Source: Chiloscyllium plagiosum (lineage: Eukaryota). Taken from it: 34,766 bases of DNA. Positions 9,650 to 22,022 of the stretch are shown here, piece after piece (the first letter of the stretch is position 1; every line of letters begins with the position of its first letter). The notes below the pieces were generated by a model, which saw only the letters and a list, made by a program, of their open reading frames with translations, was not told where the DNA came from and ran no database searches. The translations under genes were made by a program, and so were the position numbers. Location of the stretch: the NCBI RefSeq assembly GCF_004010195.1, contig NC_057719.1:320921-355686 (forward strand), given 5' to 3'.

Positions 9650-12570
9650 ATTTCCATCTGTTTTAAATGCACATGCTGTGGTAATGCTATGGTCTTAGAT
9701 TCACCCACAAGTGAAACCAGCTTTTCCTCATTTACCCTGTCAAGTCACCTAAGAATGTTGCTTCAATAAGGTGATCTTATTCCTTTAAACAGCAGTAAAT
9801 CAAAAAACTGTTCAGTGTTCCAGGTGCAGTCTAACCTAGCAAAACCTGTTTTTATAAGTCATTCCTTCTGAAGTCAAGGCAAACATTCATTTTCCCTATA
9901 ACGCAGACAAATGTTTTTGAGATTTATATACAATGTCTCCCAAATTCCAGTTCCGTAGCTTTCTGCAGTCTTTATACAGGAACAGGCCATTCAACCTCTC
10001 AAGCCTATTCTGCCATTTAATGAGATCATAGTTGATTTGTGGCCTAGCTCCTTATACCTGCCTTTGGCCTATATCCCTTTAAACTGTTTAACAAAAATTT
10101 TGTCACAATTTAAAACTAAACACCTGATCTAGCATCAACTGCTATTTGTGGAAGAGTTTCAAACATCTACCTCTGTGCATAGAATTGCTTTCTAACATCT
10201 CTCCTGAATGAACTAATTTTAGACTATACCCACTAGTTCTAGAATCCCCAACCAGTGGAAATAGCTCATCTTCATCTACCATCTTTTTCTGTTCATATCT
10301 TGACAACTTCAAACAGATCACCTCTTAACCTTCAAAATTTTCCCTATTTAAATAATCAGCTCCTCTATTCTTCCTGTCAAAGTGTATGTCATATTTTCCC
10401 ACATTATATTCCATCCACTACATTTTTGTCCATTCACTTAGCCAGTTTCTATCCCTCTTCAGACTATTTCCTTTTTAATCGACTCAACACATTCCCAATT
10501 AAGCAAAAAAGGTCTATAGTTACCTGTAATTTTTTTTTGTCTCCGTCCCTTTTTAAGGGAGACTCTCAGTTCACTGGGAAATTTCCAGAATCTAAGCATT
10601 TCGGAATTATTACCATTGCATTCACTAGCTCTGCAGATAGTTTTTAATATCCTAGGATGCGTTGTCAGGTCCAGCAGATTTAATCAGTCTTCAGCCCTAT
10701 TAAATTCCCTAGCACATTTTTTTCTATTGATAGTTATTGAATTTATTTTCTGTCCTTTGATCCGCAATATTTTGCAGTTTTGACATACTATTAGTGTTGT
10801 CTAGCGTGAAGACTGATACAAAGAAAATTTTCAACCCAGGAACAAGCCCTTCAGCCCTCCAAACCTGAGCCGATCCAAATCAACCATCTAAACCTATCGC
10901 CCAATTCCTAAACATCTGTATCCTTCTGCTTCCCACCTACCCATGCATCTGTCTAGATGCACCTTAAATGAATCTACTGTGCCTTCCTCAACTACCTTAG
11001 CTGGCAACACATTCCAGGCACTACCACCCAAATACTTGCTAGAATCCCTCACGCTGGGGAAAAACTTACCTCTATCCACCCTGTCTATACCCTTCATGAT
11101 TTTGTAAACCTCAATTAGATCCTCCCCAATCTTTTTTCTAATGAAAACAATCCTAACCTACTCAACCTCTCTTCATAGCTAGCACCTTCCATACCAGGCA
11201 ACATCCTCATAAACCTTCTCCAAAGCGTCCACACCCTTTTGGTAATGTGGTGACCAGAACTGTACACAGTATTCTAAACGCAGCCGAACCAAAGTCTTAT
11301 ACAATTTTAACATAACCTGCCACCTCTTATACTCAATACTCCGTCTGATGAAGACAAGCATACTATATGCCTTCTTGACCACTCTATCCACCTGTGCAGC
11401 AACCTTCAGGGTTGAAGTTTTTATTCAAGTCCTCTTCCATTTTCTGGTTCTCCATTATTTTTACCAGTTGAATTCTTGAAGGGGCCCTTATTAACTTTGT
11501 TTTATCTCTTTGATTATACATAACTTTAAAGTTCACTGGTGGGCCATAGGTGTTTATTTGCCATCTCAATTATACTTAAAATAGTGTGACTGTCAGTTTT
11601 GATATTATGTGCGAGTTTACTTTCAAGGCTTATTTTCTCTTTTTTTTGGTCATCATTTGTTGATTTTATCATAAACTTCCTCAGTTTATCTCTTAGAACC
11701 TTTCTTTCTCATTGGGATATAGCTTTGTTGTGATTATGAGCTGTTTTCTGAAATATCTACAATTGTTCAAATCATCTTTGCTGTTAAATTTATTTCCCAG
11801 TCGACTCCAGCCAACACTTTCCTCCATTCTTTAATTATCCTGATTTACATCCAGCACAGTTGTTTCTGACCCAAGCTTTCCCTTTTCAAATTCTAGCAGA
11901 TTCTTATACTCATTTATGAGACCTACCTCATTACACATCGAAAGATCAAAATTAGCCCGATTCATGGTCAGAATCACAATGTATCATTCTAGGAAACTGT
12001 CCCAAATACACTCGGAATTTGAATGGCTCCGTTTACCAAGGTCCCTTGATCAGTTCACTGATCCTCCCCGATCCACAGAGAATCCTGTAACTTCTGCAAA
12101 ATTCCAGAGGCCAAGGTTCCTTTTGGTACCCAGACCTGCTCCAGCTGTTGTCATACTCCCATCTGTGATCACAGACCAAATTTTAATTTCCTAGTTTGAG
12201 GATTATGCCCACCACCTGGAATAAAGTGTCCAGGTAACTTCCCCTTCCTGATGTGATGCAACGTCTACAGCTGGGACTCCAGTCCCTCAACTCGGATCTG
12301 AAATTCCTTAAACTGCAAACACTAACTATAGATATGCTCGCTCCTAATCAGAGTCCAGCAGCTTTCACATGTTACAGGAGCAACACGTCACCTATCCTGC
12401 CATCATTACCATACTTGAATTAATTTACTAATTATACTAGATTCCCACTCTTTATGTTTTATATTAAAAAGCATTGTAAAAGACACCAGTTTCCTAAATA
12501 CCGAACCAGTTAGGTAAGAAAAAGGAAACATTGAACACCTCAAAACAAACTGAAGATCTTACCTTTACTT
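9650..12570 (-). mobile_element. Old, heavily deleted CR1-type LINE sequence with nested copies
   Basis: An ORF1-like start (VTCCSCNM) near 12400 and scattered ORF2 pieces down to about 9650. Confidence 0.6.
10835..11410 (-). mobile_element. CR1-type LINE 3' fragment (nested)
   Basis: VVKKAYSMLVFIRRSIEYK...LYKTLVRLRLEYCVQFWSPHY. Confidence 0.85.
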
Positions 12571-13563
12571 CAAAGAATAGAAATGCTTAGCATCCAGTGC
12601 TCTGGGCCAAGTGCTGCAAAATGGGACTAGTGTAGTTTTTCGCCAGTGCAGCCACAACGGGCCAAAGGGCTTCTTCTGTACAATAGGATTGTTTGAAATG
12701 CTCACTAATCCTATTGACAAATTAGTTTCATTCTTTGCACTCATGTCACATTGTGGTTTGTGACATCGCTCCATCATTGGTCTCACTGCAAGTCATCCTC
12801 TTGAGCCATGACTTCTATCCTTTCCCATTCTAGAGAGTTTACATCCTGCAGTAAACCTGAAAGAACATCTGTACCCCTTTTCATCAAATTCCCAGTTTCA
12901 CTCAGTCTCACTCAAAGTCTCCTTCACACTAACCATGCTGCTTTAACATTTTGTTTTAATGAAATCATCCTCATCCTTTAAAATTCCAGGAAATACAACC
13001 CTAATCTGCATAATATCAGTTTGTAGTTTAACCCTTAGTGTTCAGGTATTATTCTGGGAATCTAACACCATAAATCACCCAAAGACAATTTCACCTCCCT
13101 GTGGTGTGGTGCCTAGAAGTGCTCAGAGTGACTGTGGATATGATCTAACAGGGTTTTGTAAAACTGAGCACAACATCGGTGTCTATATAACTGGAAGACA
13201 GCAGGATAAGATGCAGACTTCATTATTCTTTTTGACCAGTTTTTGGATTGCCTCAAACATCTTCAAGAACAATTAAAGACGAGGTGATAACTTCTAGCCT
13301 TGTCAGTACTGTGTAACCAATCAAATTCCAGGAAGAATACTGAAAGCTCCCTCCCTCTTTCCAAAGTCACTGTGTTGCATGTTGGCGTATTCCTACCCAT
13401 CAGGAACTTGACTGAGAATCACAAACATTGATTGTTTTAATCCCTTACAGCTCTTCTGTCTTAACACTCAGATAGTGAGGGTGTCTGAGCACTGCCCTCA
13501 GCACTTGTTCAGGATTATTATTTGGGTTATTAAAACAAGACAACAAAGGCCTCAATTGTAACT

Positions 13564-13569
13564 TTTAAT
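13564..13569 (-). promoter_or_regulatory. Candidate poly(A) signal (ATTAAA) for the Kelch gene
   Basis: ATTAAA on the minus strand about 120 nt past the stop codon. Confidence 0.3.
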
Positions 13570-13686
13570 GATGAAGTGCAAAATTGTTTAGCTATTGGAT
13601 GGTCAGATGGCTGTTGTCCACATTGCCTGCTCCTCGGGTTTACTGCCACACACTTACATGGAAGTTATTTTTCAGGAGAGGTTGAT

Positions 13687-13883
13687 TCAGTCCCCATCCA
13701 GCACCATGCCTACTCGGACTGTGTCACTGTAGAATTTCCCAGCGTTGTCTGAGCCCCCAAACACCAGCAGCTTGTGGCAGGACCCTGTGCTGCATCGACT
13801 CGAGTTCAGATACACTAGGCTGTGACCTGTCCGTGGCACGGAGCAGAGTATAGGGTGAGACAGACTGCTCCAACTGTAGGTGT
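13687..13883 (-). CDS. Kelch-repeat protein last coding exon (blade 6, stop)
   Basis: cccctcaccag|AC...; 197 nt. Encodes (D)TYSWSSLSHPILCSVPRTGHSLVYLNSSRCSTGSCHKLLVFGGSDNAGKFYSDTVRVGMVLDGD*, with TGA at 13689-13687. Confidence 0.93.
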
Positions 13884-14370
13884 CTGGTGAGGGGTGTGTG
13901 GGGGGAGGTAGAAGAAAGAATAAGGATTAGACTCAACGTGTCAGATGGTCAAATTGTCACGAGATGGATCTCTGTTTTTGCCAAGGTCTCCTCACTAGAA
14001 CATGCTTGTTTTGCAATCTCAGTCAACAACTCGAAACTGAAACAGGTGCAGTGTGTACATGTGTTCTTTCTGTCTGCAAACAGGACCCACTGCACTCATG
14101 GACAGACCTTCCAGACCATAGCTAGTGAACCCGACTGATGACCCTAAATTAGTTGTCAGCATAATTATTTGCATACTCAGGATGACCCAGGTATCATCTA
14201 ATTGCAGACTCACATCCAGTGTGGTGAGGCTGTTTGGGTTATGGTCAGTACCTCACTCTTGTGAACAGCTGCAGGGACGTGCTGTTTGATACGATCTGCC
14301 AACCTTCAGGATGTTGAGCCAATATATCTAGCATCACACTGGCACTAAAATGATGCTTGTGTTGGTTTCT

Positions 14371-14715
14371 CTTTATTCATTCATGGGATGAGGGTATCAC
14401 TGGCTAGGCCAGCATTTACTACATATCCCTAACTACCCAGAGGGCAGTTAAGAGTCAACCACATTGCTGTGTGTCTGGGGTCACATGTAAAGCAGACCAG
14501 GTAAGGATGGCAGTTTCTTTCCCTGAAGGATATTAGTGACCGAGATGGGTTTTTCTGACAACTGATTCACAGTTACCACTACATTACTAGTTCCAGATAT
14601 GTTAAATTCAAATTCCACCATCTTCCCTGGCAGGATTTGTACCCAGGTCCCCAGAACATTATCTGGGTCTCTGAATTAACAGTCCAGCGATAATACCACT
14701 AGACCATCACCTCCC
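14371..14715 (-). mobile_element. tRNA-derived SINE, near full length
   Basis: Reverse-complement homolog of 15515-15850 with A/B-box-like head and gaatgaataaa tail. Confidence 0.8.
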
Positions 14716-15265
14716 TTTGTGTATTAGGCACAACATCTTTTTGGCTGAACAGCAGCACCAATTCATAACAAACTTCAATCATATTGCTACTGCTTAGCAG
14801 CAGTGTAAAACTACAGGCTTCACCTATTGCTCAGACTCTCAAGATACTTTACCCTTCTGAGGTAAACAGGGCACCTTTCAGGACCAAAAGTAACCGTCTT
14901 CGGGCCTTTCGCGAGTTTACATGAAGAATGATCTGCGCTGTAATGTTCTATGAAGGTCACTGTTATCGCACAGGATAGCTTTGACATGCCCTATTTCAGC
15001 ATGATGTTTGCACGTGAACAAATGGCCAACCTATTCATGTGTGACAATGTAGGAATTACAGCATGCAATATCTGACATAGTCATCAGTCAACAACACAAG
15101 AGGAGAGATAAGGAGAAACAAACTAAAAGATTTATACAGCTCCAGAAACAGCAATAAATGGGAGCTTTAAATCCATAGGACAATCACACAGAAAGACAGA
15201 CAGACACAGAGAGAGACAATGACAATCAATGGCTTTGCAGCTAGAGGCTACATCCTTGGCCTTAC

Positions 15266-15363
15266 CTATATTGAAGATGAACAAATCCTGCAGGGCTCCG
15301 CTCAGATTATGCCCACCGCTGATCAGCATCTTGTTGCCACACACAGGAACGGCAGCATGGCAG
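15266..15363 (-). CDS. Kelch-repeat protein exon (blade 5)
   Basis: tctttcttctag|C...ATAG|gtaagg; 98 nt, phase 2-1. Encodes (C)CHAAVPVCGNKMLISGGHNLSGALQDLFIFNI(D). Confidence 0.93.
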
Positions 15364-15514
15364 CTAGAAGAAAGAATTGCTTTGTCACAGCATCTTTCAC
15401 AACACCCAGGCACTCCAAACAACCTTGGATCCAAAGCAGCAAACTTGAGAGATGATAACACCCTCCAACCAGATTTTAAAGCTTAATTCCTCCTGCAGTG
15501 TACCTTCTCCAATA

Positions 15515-15850
15515 GGGAGGCAACAGTCCAGTGGTATTATCATTAGACTGTTAATCCAGACACCAAGGTAATGTTCTGGAGACCTGGGCTCGAATCCCAC
15601 TACAGCAGGTGGTGTAATTTGAATTCAGTAAAATCTGGAAATAAAAGCCTAATGATGATCATGAATCCATTCTTGGAAAAACCCATCTGGGTCACTACTG
15701 CCCTTTAGGGAAGGAATCTGCCTTCTTTACCTGGTCAGGCCTTACATACGACTCCAGACCCACAGCAATGGGGTTGACTCCTAACTGCCCTCTGGGCATT
15801 AAATGCTGTTTTTTTAGCCAGCGATACCGTCATCCCGTGAATGAATAAAA
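15515..15850 (+). mobile_element. tRNA-derived SINE, near full length
   Basis: Pol III A-box-like (gtccagtgg) and B-box-like (ggctcgaatcc) head; homologs at 14371, 19915 and 24545. Confidence 0.8.
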
Positions 15851-15889
15851 ACAATGTACAGCACAGGATTAGATACAGAGTGAATAAAG

Positions 15890-16375
15890 TGGTCAAGAGG
15901 GTATATGGTACGCTTGTCTTCATCAGTCAGAGCAAGTCAGGTTGCAGCTGTATGGAACTTTAGTGAGATCACACTTGGAATACTGTATGCAGTTCTGGTC
16001 AGCACACCACCAGAAGGATGTGGAGGCTTTGGAGAAGGTACAGAAATAGTTTGCCAGGATGTTACCAGGTTGAGGGTATTAGCTATAAGGAGAGATTGTA
16101 CAAACTTATTTTGTTTTCACTTTAATGTCAAAGGGTGAGATGTTTAAGGTTGAAGGAGGTACATTTAAAGGAGATGGGAAAGGCAGTTTTTTTTTAAATG
16201 CAGAGAGTGGCTAGTGCCTGGAAAGTGAAGGCAGATACAATAGCAATGTTTAATAGCAGCCTTGACAGACACACAAACAGGCAGGGATATGGACTACAAA
16301 GAGGCAAAAGGTTTTTAGTTTAGAAAGGCAGTCTTGGTGGGCTGAAGGGCCTGTTCCTGTGCTGGACTGTTCTTT
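15890..16375 (+). mobile_element. CR1-type LINE 3' fragment
   Basis: LVRSHLEYCMQFWS-like segment and CR1-like 3' UTR. Confidence 0.75.
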
Positions 16376-16387
16376 GTAAAGTCTAGT

Positions 16388-16950
16388 GACAGTCCCCTAT
16401 CAAACACTCCCAGGACAGGGACAGCACAGGGTTATATACAGAGTACACAAACAGGCAGGGATATGGACTACAAAGAGGCAAAAGGTTTTTAGTTTAGAAA
16501 GGCAGTCTTGGCGGGCTGAAGGGCCTGTTCCTGTGCTGGACTGATCTTTGCAAAGTCTTGTGACAGTCCCCATCAAACACTCCCAGGACAGGGACAGCAC
16601 AGGGTTATATACAGAGTAAAGGTCCCTCTACACTGTCCCCATCAAACACTCCCAGGACAGGGACAGCATGGGGTTAGATACAGAGTAAAGGTCCCTCTAC
16701 ACTGTCCCCATCAAACACTCCCAGGACAGGGACAGCACGGGGTTAGATACAGAGTAAAGGTCCCTCTATACTGTCCCCATCAAACACTCCCAGGACAGGG
16801 ACAGCACAGGGTTATATACAGAGTAAAGCTCTCTCTACACTGTCCCCCATCAAACACTCCCAGGACAGGAACAGTACGGGGTTATATACAGAGTAAAGCT
16901 CTCTCTACACTGTCCCCCAACAAACACTCCCAGGACAGGGACATTACGGG
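16388..16950. repeat. 69-bp minisatellite (cactgtccccatcaaacactcccaggacagggacagcac...)
   Basis: About 5-6 tandem units from about 16563 (starts 16631, 16700, ...) plus one unit at about 16388-16444. Confidence 0.92.
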
Positions 16951-17233
16951 GGCCCAAACTTTTCCTGAGCCCAGATTAGGTGGAGTCAAATCACATTATT
17001 CAACTCCAATATCATGCCCACATCCAGATTTTGGGAAACACAACCAAACACAATGCTGTCACTGTTTGCTTTGTGAATCTACACTGGCTATCCCGTATGG
17101 TCTGTCAGTGAGACCAAATATAAAGAGCAAGAATCGGACCAGTGCCAGTTCACAGCTTTCAGACTCTAGAGCTGTGCATTTCTCCCATCGCCCTCCTGAA
17201 GTGTCCATGTCAATGTTCCTCACTGGTACCTAC

Positions 17234-17285
17234 CATCGTGGTGGAGGAGGGGCTCGACTCTGGATGTTAATGTACTCCATGAAGC
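17234..17285 (-). CDS. Kelch-repeat protein small exon (blade 4/5 junction)
   Basis: tttcttctag|GC...CGATG|gtaggt; 52 nt, phase 1-2. Encodes (G)FMEYINIQSRAPPPPR(C) and is needed to keep frame between the flanking exons. Confidence 0.88.
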
Positions 17286-17888
17286 CTAGAAGAAACAGGC
17301 AGTGTCAGTTCAGAAACAAATCAACTTGCAGAGCATTCTTCAACTGAAAATACAAGCAGTTCCCTCTTCCACCACTCCCTGCACCAAGCCACGACAACCC
17401 CAGACAGCACCAGTCACTCAGATGGCTGGATGATGTTAAATGGAGATCACTTCACAGAGTAGTGCAATTCTCCACCTCGACTCCCAGTAAGGTTGTTGGG
17501 ATTGGCAATCAACTAAAAGTTTCAAAATAGCTTTTACCTCGCAAAAAAACATTAAAGGCCACAGAAACACGTGGGGACATTAGCCTTAGATCAGCTGGAG
17601 ACAGATTGAATGATGAAACACGTTCAAGGGGCTGAATAGACTTCAGCTGTTCCAGTTTTCTGAATCAGGAATCCTGGTGACAGCATCAATGATGCGATTC
17701 CACTGAGTTACTGTTGACAATCCAACAGCCCCAAGATCACCTCTACTGAGACCAGGCTTTTATTTCCAACATCTTAAAACCAGAATTCAGATTTTCAAAA
17801 GTGTCTGTGGTTACACGCCTGTTTCCCTGAGTTTATGATGATCAGTGCACCCCCGTACTCTGAGGTGGCCAATGTTTCTATAGTACGT

Positions 17889-17913
17889 ACACACACACAC
17901 ACACACACACACA
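17889..17913. repeat. (CA)n microsatellite
   Basis: Direct observation. Confidence 0.95.
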
Positions 17914-18227
17914 CGTGAAGTCTAGACCATGTAAAACAACTGTTCATAAAATTAATGCAAATAGCTCTAATAGTGGACCGCACAATTCAGGTTGACCAAC
18001 CTCATCAAGTTACCATCGACATCGCTCCCTTCATTAGCCCATCCCATAATTTTGTCTCTGGTGAGAAGTTCTCAACTCCTCTTCCTATCCCCAGAACATC
18101 GGCGTTTTTACCTTCAGAAGCCCCTCCGAGGGGACTCCAATCTATTACAGGGACCAATCTCCAAGGAGTGAGTTTCTGATAGCCCCTCCCACCCTGTTCT
18201 TAAGCCTGAAACCTGGAGTTTCCTCAC

Positions 18228-18319
18228 CAAGATCCAACATGTGAAGGTCGTTCAGGAACACTCTGCTCCGACTGCCACCAAACAGGATGAGTTTATCTCG
18301 CAGGAGAGTGCCAGAGTGA
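18228..18319 (-). CDS. Kelch-repeat protein exon (blade 4)
   Basis: tctttctctcag|T...CTTG|gtgagg; 92 nt, phase 2-1. Encodes (G)HSGTLLRDKLILFGGSRSRVFLNDLHMLDL(G). Confidence 0.95.
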
Positions 18320-18809
18320 CTGAGAGAAAGAGAGAGAGACAACAAGGGAGAAACAGAAATATCTGCTGAACCACCTCCACCATTAGCAGCCGGCATTCCC
18401 TGTGGCCACACTGCAGAATTCCTGGAAAGTAGAATTTCCATCTCGATATCCCACTGCCCCAGACACCAAACAGGTGCACAGACTCCCATCTCACTGACCT
18501 GCCCAGGAGGTAATGGTATCCACTCTGGTCTAGAGGGACCATGACCATCAAAATCAGAATGTTGTGGGTTTAAATCCCAACCCATTCACCAGATCCACAT
18601 TCTGACCCCAAGGAACCACATTTCACACGAGACCTGACATCAAGCTCCCATCATCTACCTCAGGAGGATAGAGGGGATGCCACAGGCTCCATTCAAACAG
18701 CAGGGGAGATGCCTTTGGAGTCCTCAGGTGAACCTCAACTAATATCACAAAGGAGGAGGTGGATCTGGAGTTAATATCCCTTCACTGTTTGTTTGCAAAC
18801 AGGCTCAGA

Positions 18810-19105
18810 CACAAAACAGCTAGTGAACCGAACCAAGCCAACCATAGCAAGCAGCGAGTAACTCCCCTCCCAACTCCCCAAAGCCTGTCCACCACCGACA
18901 AGGCACAGATCAGGAGTGGGATGGAATCCTCCCCACTTTTCCTGGATTGGGACAGCTGTAACAACACTCAAACTCGACACCATCCAGGACATGGACTGCA
19001 GCGGTTCAAGGAAGCTCACTACCACCTTCTCAAGGACAACTCGGGATGGGCAACAAACACTGGCCCAGTCAGCAACACCCATATCCCAACAGTGAATGAA
19101 ACAAA
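18810..19105 (+). mobile_element. LINE 3' fragment of a second CR1/L2-group family, sharing its tail with the local SINE
   Basis: KAQIRSGMESSPL segment; tail gggatgggcaacaaacactggcccagtcagc...gaatgaa. Confidence 0.7.
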
Positions 19106-19440
19106 AGCAGACCAAATACCCTGGAACTAAACAAAGACAAGATTAAGCAAAGTGATCTTAAAGATATCAGATTGCTGTTAAAAACCCATGACTGATGTCC
19201 TTTAGGGAAGGAACCTGGCACCAGGGTGCTGATCTATGTGACTCCAGTCTCTATGCCAATATGGGGTTGATGTTCCCATCCTCTGAAGGGATTCTGGTTC
19301 AAGCAGCAAGGGTAGCCCCTGTGCTCAGGGCAAACCGGGGGGGTGGGTAATAAGTGCTGGCTCATCCCGTATTCTGACTAAACCAGACTGATGCCAACAT
19401 TCCCAGCACCCTGCCATGCTAGATCTGGAGGGTGACTCAC

Positions 19441-19637
19441 CCGTAGCGAGGGAGGGGCCTTTCACCCACCACAATAGGCTGATACCAGATCTCATGCTCA
19501 GCGTTGAAGATGTACAGGGTGTTGCTGCAGCTTTCTTTGGTCAGTGGCGCTCGGCAAAGTAACCCACCGAATACAAAGAGTTCCCGATGGAAGACCACCG
19601 CACTGTGATAGGCCAGTGAGGGCACCTTGCCCCTCCC
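19441..19637 (-). CDS. Kelch-repeat protein exon (blade 3)
   Basis: ctctcccag|GGG...TACGG|gtgagt; 197 nt, phase 0-2. Encodes GRGKVPSLAYHSAVVFHRELFVFGGLLCRAPLTKESCSNTLYIFNAEHEIWYQPIVVGERPLPRY(G). Confidence 0.95.
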
Positions 19638-19914
19638 CTGGGAGAGCAGAACGATTCCATTAAACCTCAGACAGATACAACAAGAACACAGCAGGTCCAA
19701 GAGAAAATCTCTAAGGGACTTTAGACAAAAAAAAAATCAAGTTACACAACGTGATATTAGGGCAGATAACTGGACACTGAATTAAAGAGGAAGGTTTTAA
19801 GTCACATCTTAAAAAGAGGAAAGAGGCAGAAGGGTGTTCTGAGGGAACTGCAGACATTGGCAGACAGCAGCTGAAGACACGGAGGTGATCAAAACCGAGG
19901 ATGCCCAAGAGAGG

Positions 19915-20258
19915 GAGGAGCTGATGGCCTAGTGATATTCTCCCTAGACTATTAACCCTGAGACAAGATAATGTCCTGAGGACCCAATCTGAAGTCCCAC
20001 CACAGCAAACAGCGGAATCTGAATTCAGTAAAAATCTGGAAGCAAGAGTCTAATGGCAACCATGATATCATTGCCAAATTGTCAGGAAAAACCCAGCTGG
20101 GTCACTAATCCCCTTTAGGGAAGGAAACTGCCATCTTTACCTGGTCTGGTCTCCATGTGACTCCAGACCCTCAGCAATGTGATTGACTCTTAACTGTCCT
20201 CTGGGTAATTAGGGATGGGCAATAAATGCAGGTCTCATCCCGTGAATGAATTAAAAAA
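19915..20258 (+). mobile_element. tRNA-derived SINE, near full length
   Basis: Homologous to 15515-15850 and ends in an A-run. Confidence 0.8.
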
Positions 20259-20764
20259 AAGGCAAGAATCAGAGCAAGACAGATCTCAGAGGGCTGTGGG
20301 GGAATAGGTGGGACCATCAAAAGCTTTGAGAAAGATTGCATCGATACAAGTCCATCTGACAGATTTACCAAATTGTGGAATCGTTTATATCCACCGGAGA
20401 GTTTTCCACAACTTCAGTTTGACAGTGGATGCTGACCAATGATCGGGAATGAAGTATCTACCCTCAGGGTCTTGATGAGCGAATATAAACGCTGCTTCAG
20501 CGACTGTAACACATCTACCCGAGAGTGATAGACAGACCGGGAGTGGGGGACGGGGGACACCACCCTCTCAATAACCACCTTCCATGTAGGTGACCTCACA
20601 GCTTCCAGAGTTTCAGGTGAGGAGTCAGGTTCCTCTTAAAGGAGTCGAGGGTTTCTGCCTCATCCACCAAACCAGGCCGTGAATGCCATGCAGCCACTAC
20701 CTTCTGCGCAGGTGATATTCTCACGCCCACAATTCATTCCAATGACCTTCAATCTATGCAGCCG

Positions 20765-21195
20765 AGAGAGTGGTGCTGGAAAAGCACAGCAGCTCAGGCA
20801 GCATCCGTGGCGATGGCCTGCTGTGCTTTTCCAGCACAACACTCTTGACTCTAATCTGCAGTCCTCACTTTCACCTAGTTGATTTTAACCTCACTGTGAA
20901 GCCTCTAACAAGGACGCCTACCTTGAAGAAGTTCTCCTCCTTTCTCTACAAAGATCTCGGAGTCTCTCTCTCATTGCAACTCCCAGGTTGCTTCCTGAAG
21001 CTCTTCAGCCACATCCTGAAACAGGGTCACTACCACAGCCACATCTCCCTCCCTCTGTGCCTGCCTATGGAACCGACTCATCCCAAACCAACTCTGGACT
21101 AGATTTAGACCAATGCAATTTGGATCAGGATACTGCCTGACCTGCTGTGGTTTTCCTCTCTACTCATCTCCAGTATCTGCAGACCTCACTTTCGC
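20765..21195 (+). mobile_element. Penelope-like fragment with a short 5' inversion
   Basis: gtgctggaaaagcacagcag ... ctgctgtgcttttccagcac hairpin, then sequence homologous to the 67-bp units at 7627-7935. Confidence 0.65.
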
Positions 21196-21439
21196 CCTTA
21201 AAATCTATGGGGCCTGGTAAAGGAGCTGTCCACTCGGGGTGACAGGTCTTCCCCATGCACTCTGTATAAGGCCCTCATCACCTTTTACACCTCAACTGTA
21301 CAATGGCAGAGCATCATCCAAACAGCTTCCTTTCCCCCATTCTTCAACATTTACACACATTGGGAGGTGGGGGGTCGGGGTGGTGGATACACAATCGTCT
21401 TTGATAATCTGATAAATGTGAGGTGAGCAAGACAAGGAA

Positions 21440-21840
21440 GCACTCAATGAATGCAGGACACTAGGAAGCTCAGAGAACAGAGGGATCTTGGCGTGCTTTA
21501 TCCCCAGATCCCTGAAGGTGGAAGGACACATTTGTCTAAGGAGGTATACGAGACACTTTCCTTTATCTGTCAAGGCATCGAATGGAAGAGCAGGGAAATG
21601 GTGTTGGAGCTGTACAGGACTTTGGTGAGGCCACAGCTGGAGTACTGTGGGTAGTCCTGGTCCCCACACTATAGGAAGGATATGACTGTGATGGAGGATG
21701 TGCAGAGGAGATTCACCAGGATGTTGCTGGGAATGGAGCAGTTCAGCAATGAAGAGACACTGGCTAAGCTCAGGGTGCTTTCTTTAGAGCAGGGAAACTG
21801 AGGGGGGGGGGGGCTGGAGAAGGGATTATAATACTCAGAG
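21440..21840 (+). mobile_element. CR1-type LINE 3' fragment
   Basis: EQRDLGV...IEWKSREMVLELYRTLVRPQLEYC. Confidence 0.8.
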
Positions 21841-21845
21841 GGCAC

Positions 21846-21852
<7 letters not shown>

Positions 21853-21879
<27 letters not shown>
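21853..21879. repeat. (GA)n microsatellite
   Basis: Direct observation. Confidence 0.95.
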
Positions 21880-22022
21880 TGAAGAAAGACAGTTGGAAAT
21901 TAAAGAGCATTGGATGATTGAAAGTGGAAAAAACTGGAGGAGATGGAGGTCAATGTGAGGTAGTGTGTTTATCTGTGTGAGGAGCCATTTCCTTTGGTAT
22001 TCAAACAACTGCTCCTACTTAC

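Noticed and set aside
13724..13936. ORF-track protein (70 aa, minus strand)
   Set aside because: Wrong frame; the real exon 13883-13687 is read in another frame that continues the Kelch repeats.
14995..15090. Possible intronic C/D-box snoRNA on the minus strand (TGATGA ... CTGA about 90 nt apart)
   Set aside because: The C box lacks the preceding purine, there is no terminal stem or convincing C'/D' boxes, and no recognisable rRNA guide; snoscan or Infernal would be needed.
15515..15605. tRNA gene
   Set aside because: The A/B-box head continues into a SINE body repeated several times in the window, and there is no complete cloverleaf.
16563..16950. CRISPR-like repeat array
   Set aside because: A head-to-tail 69-bp minisatellite without spacers in a eukaryotic intron.
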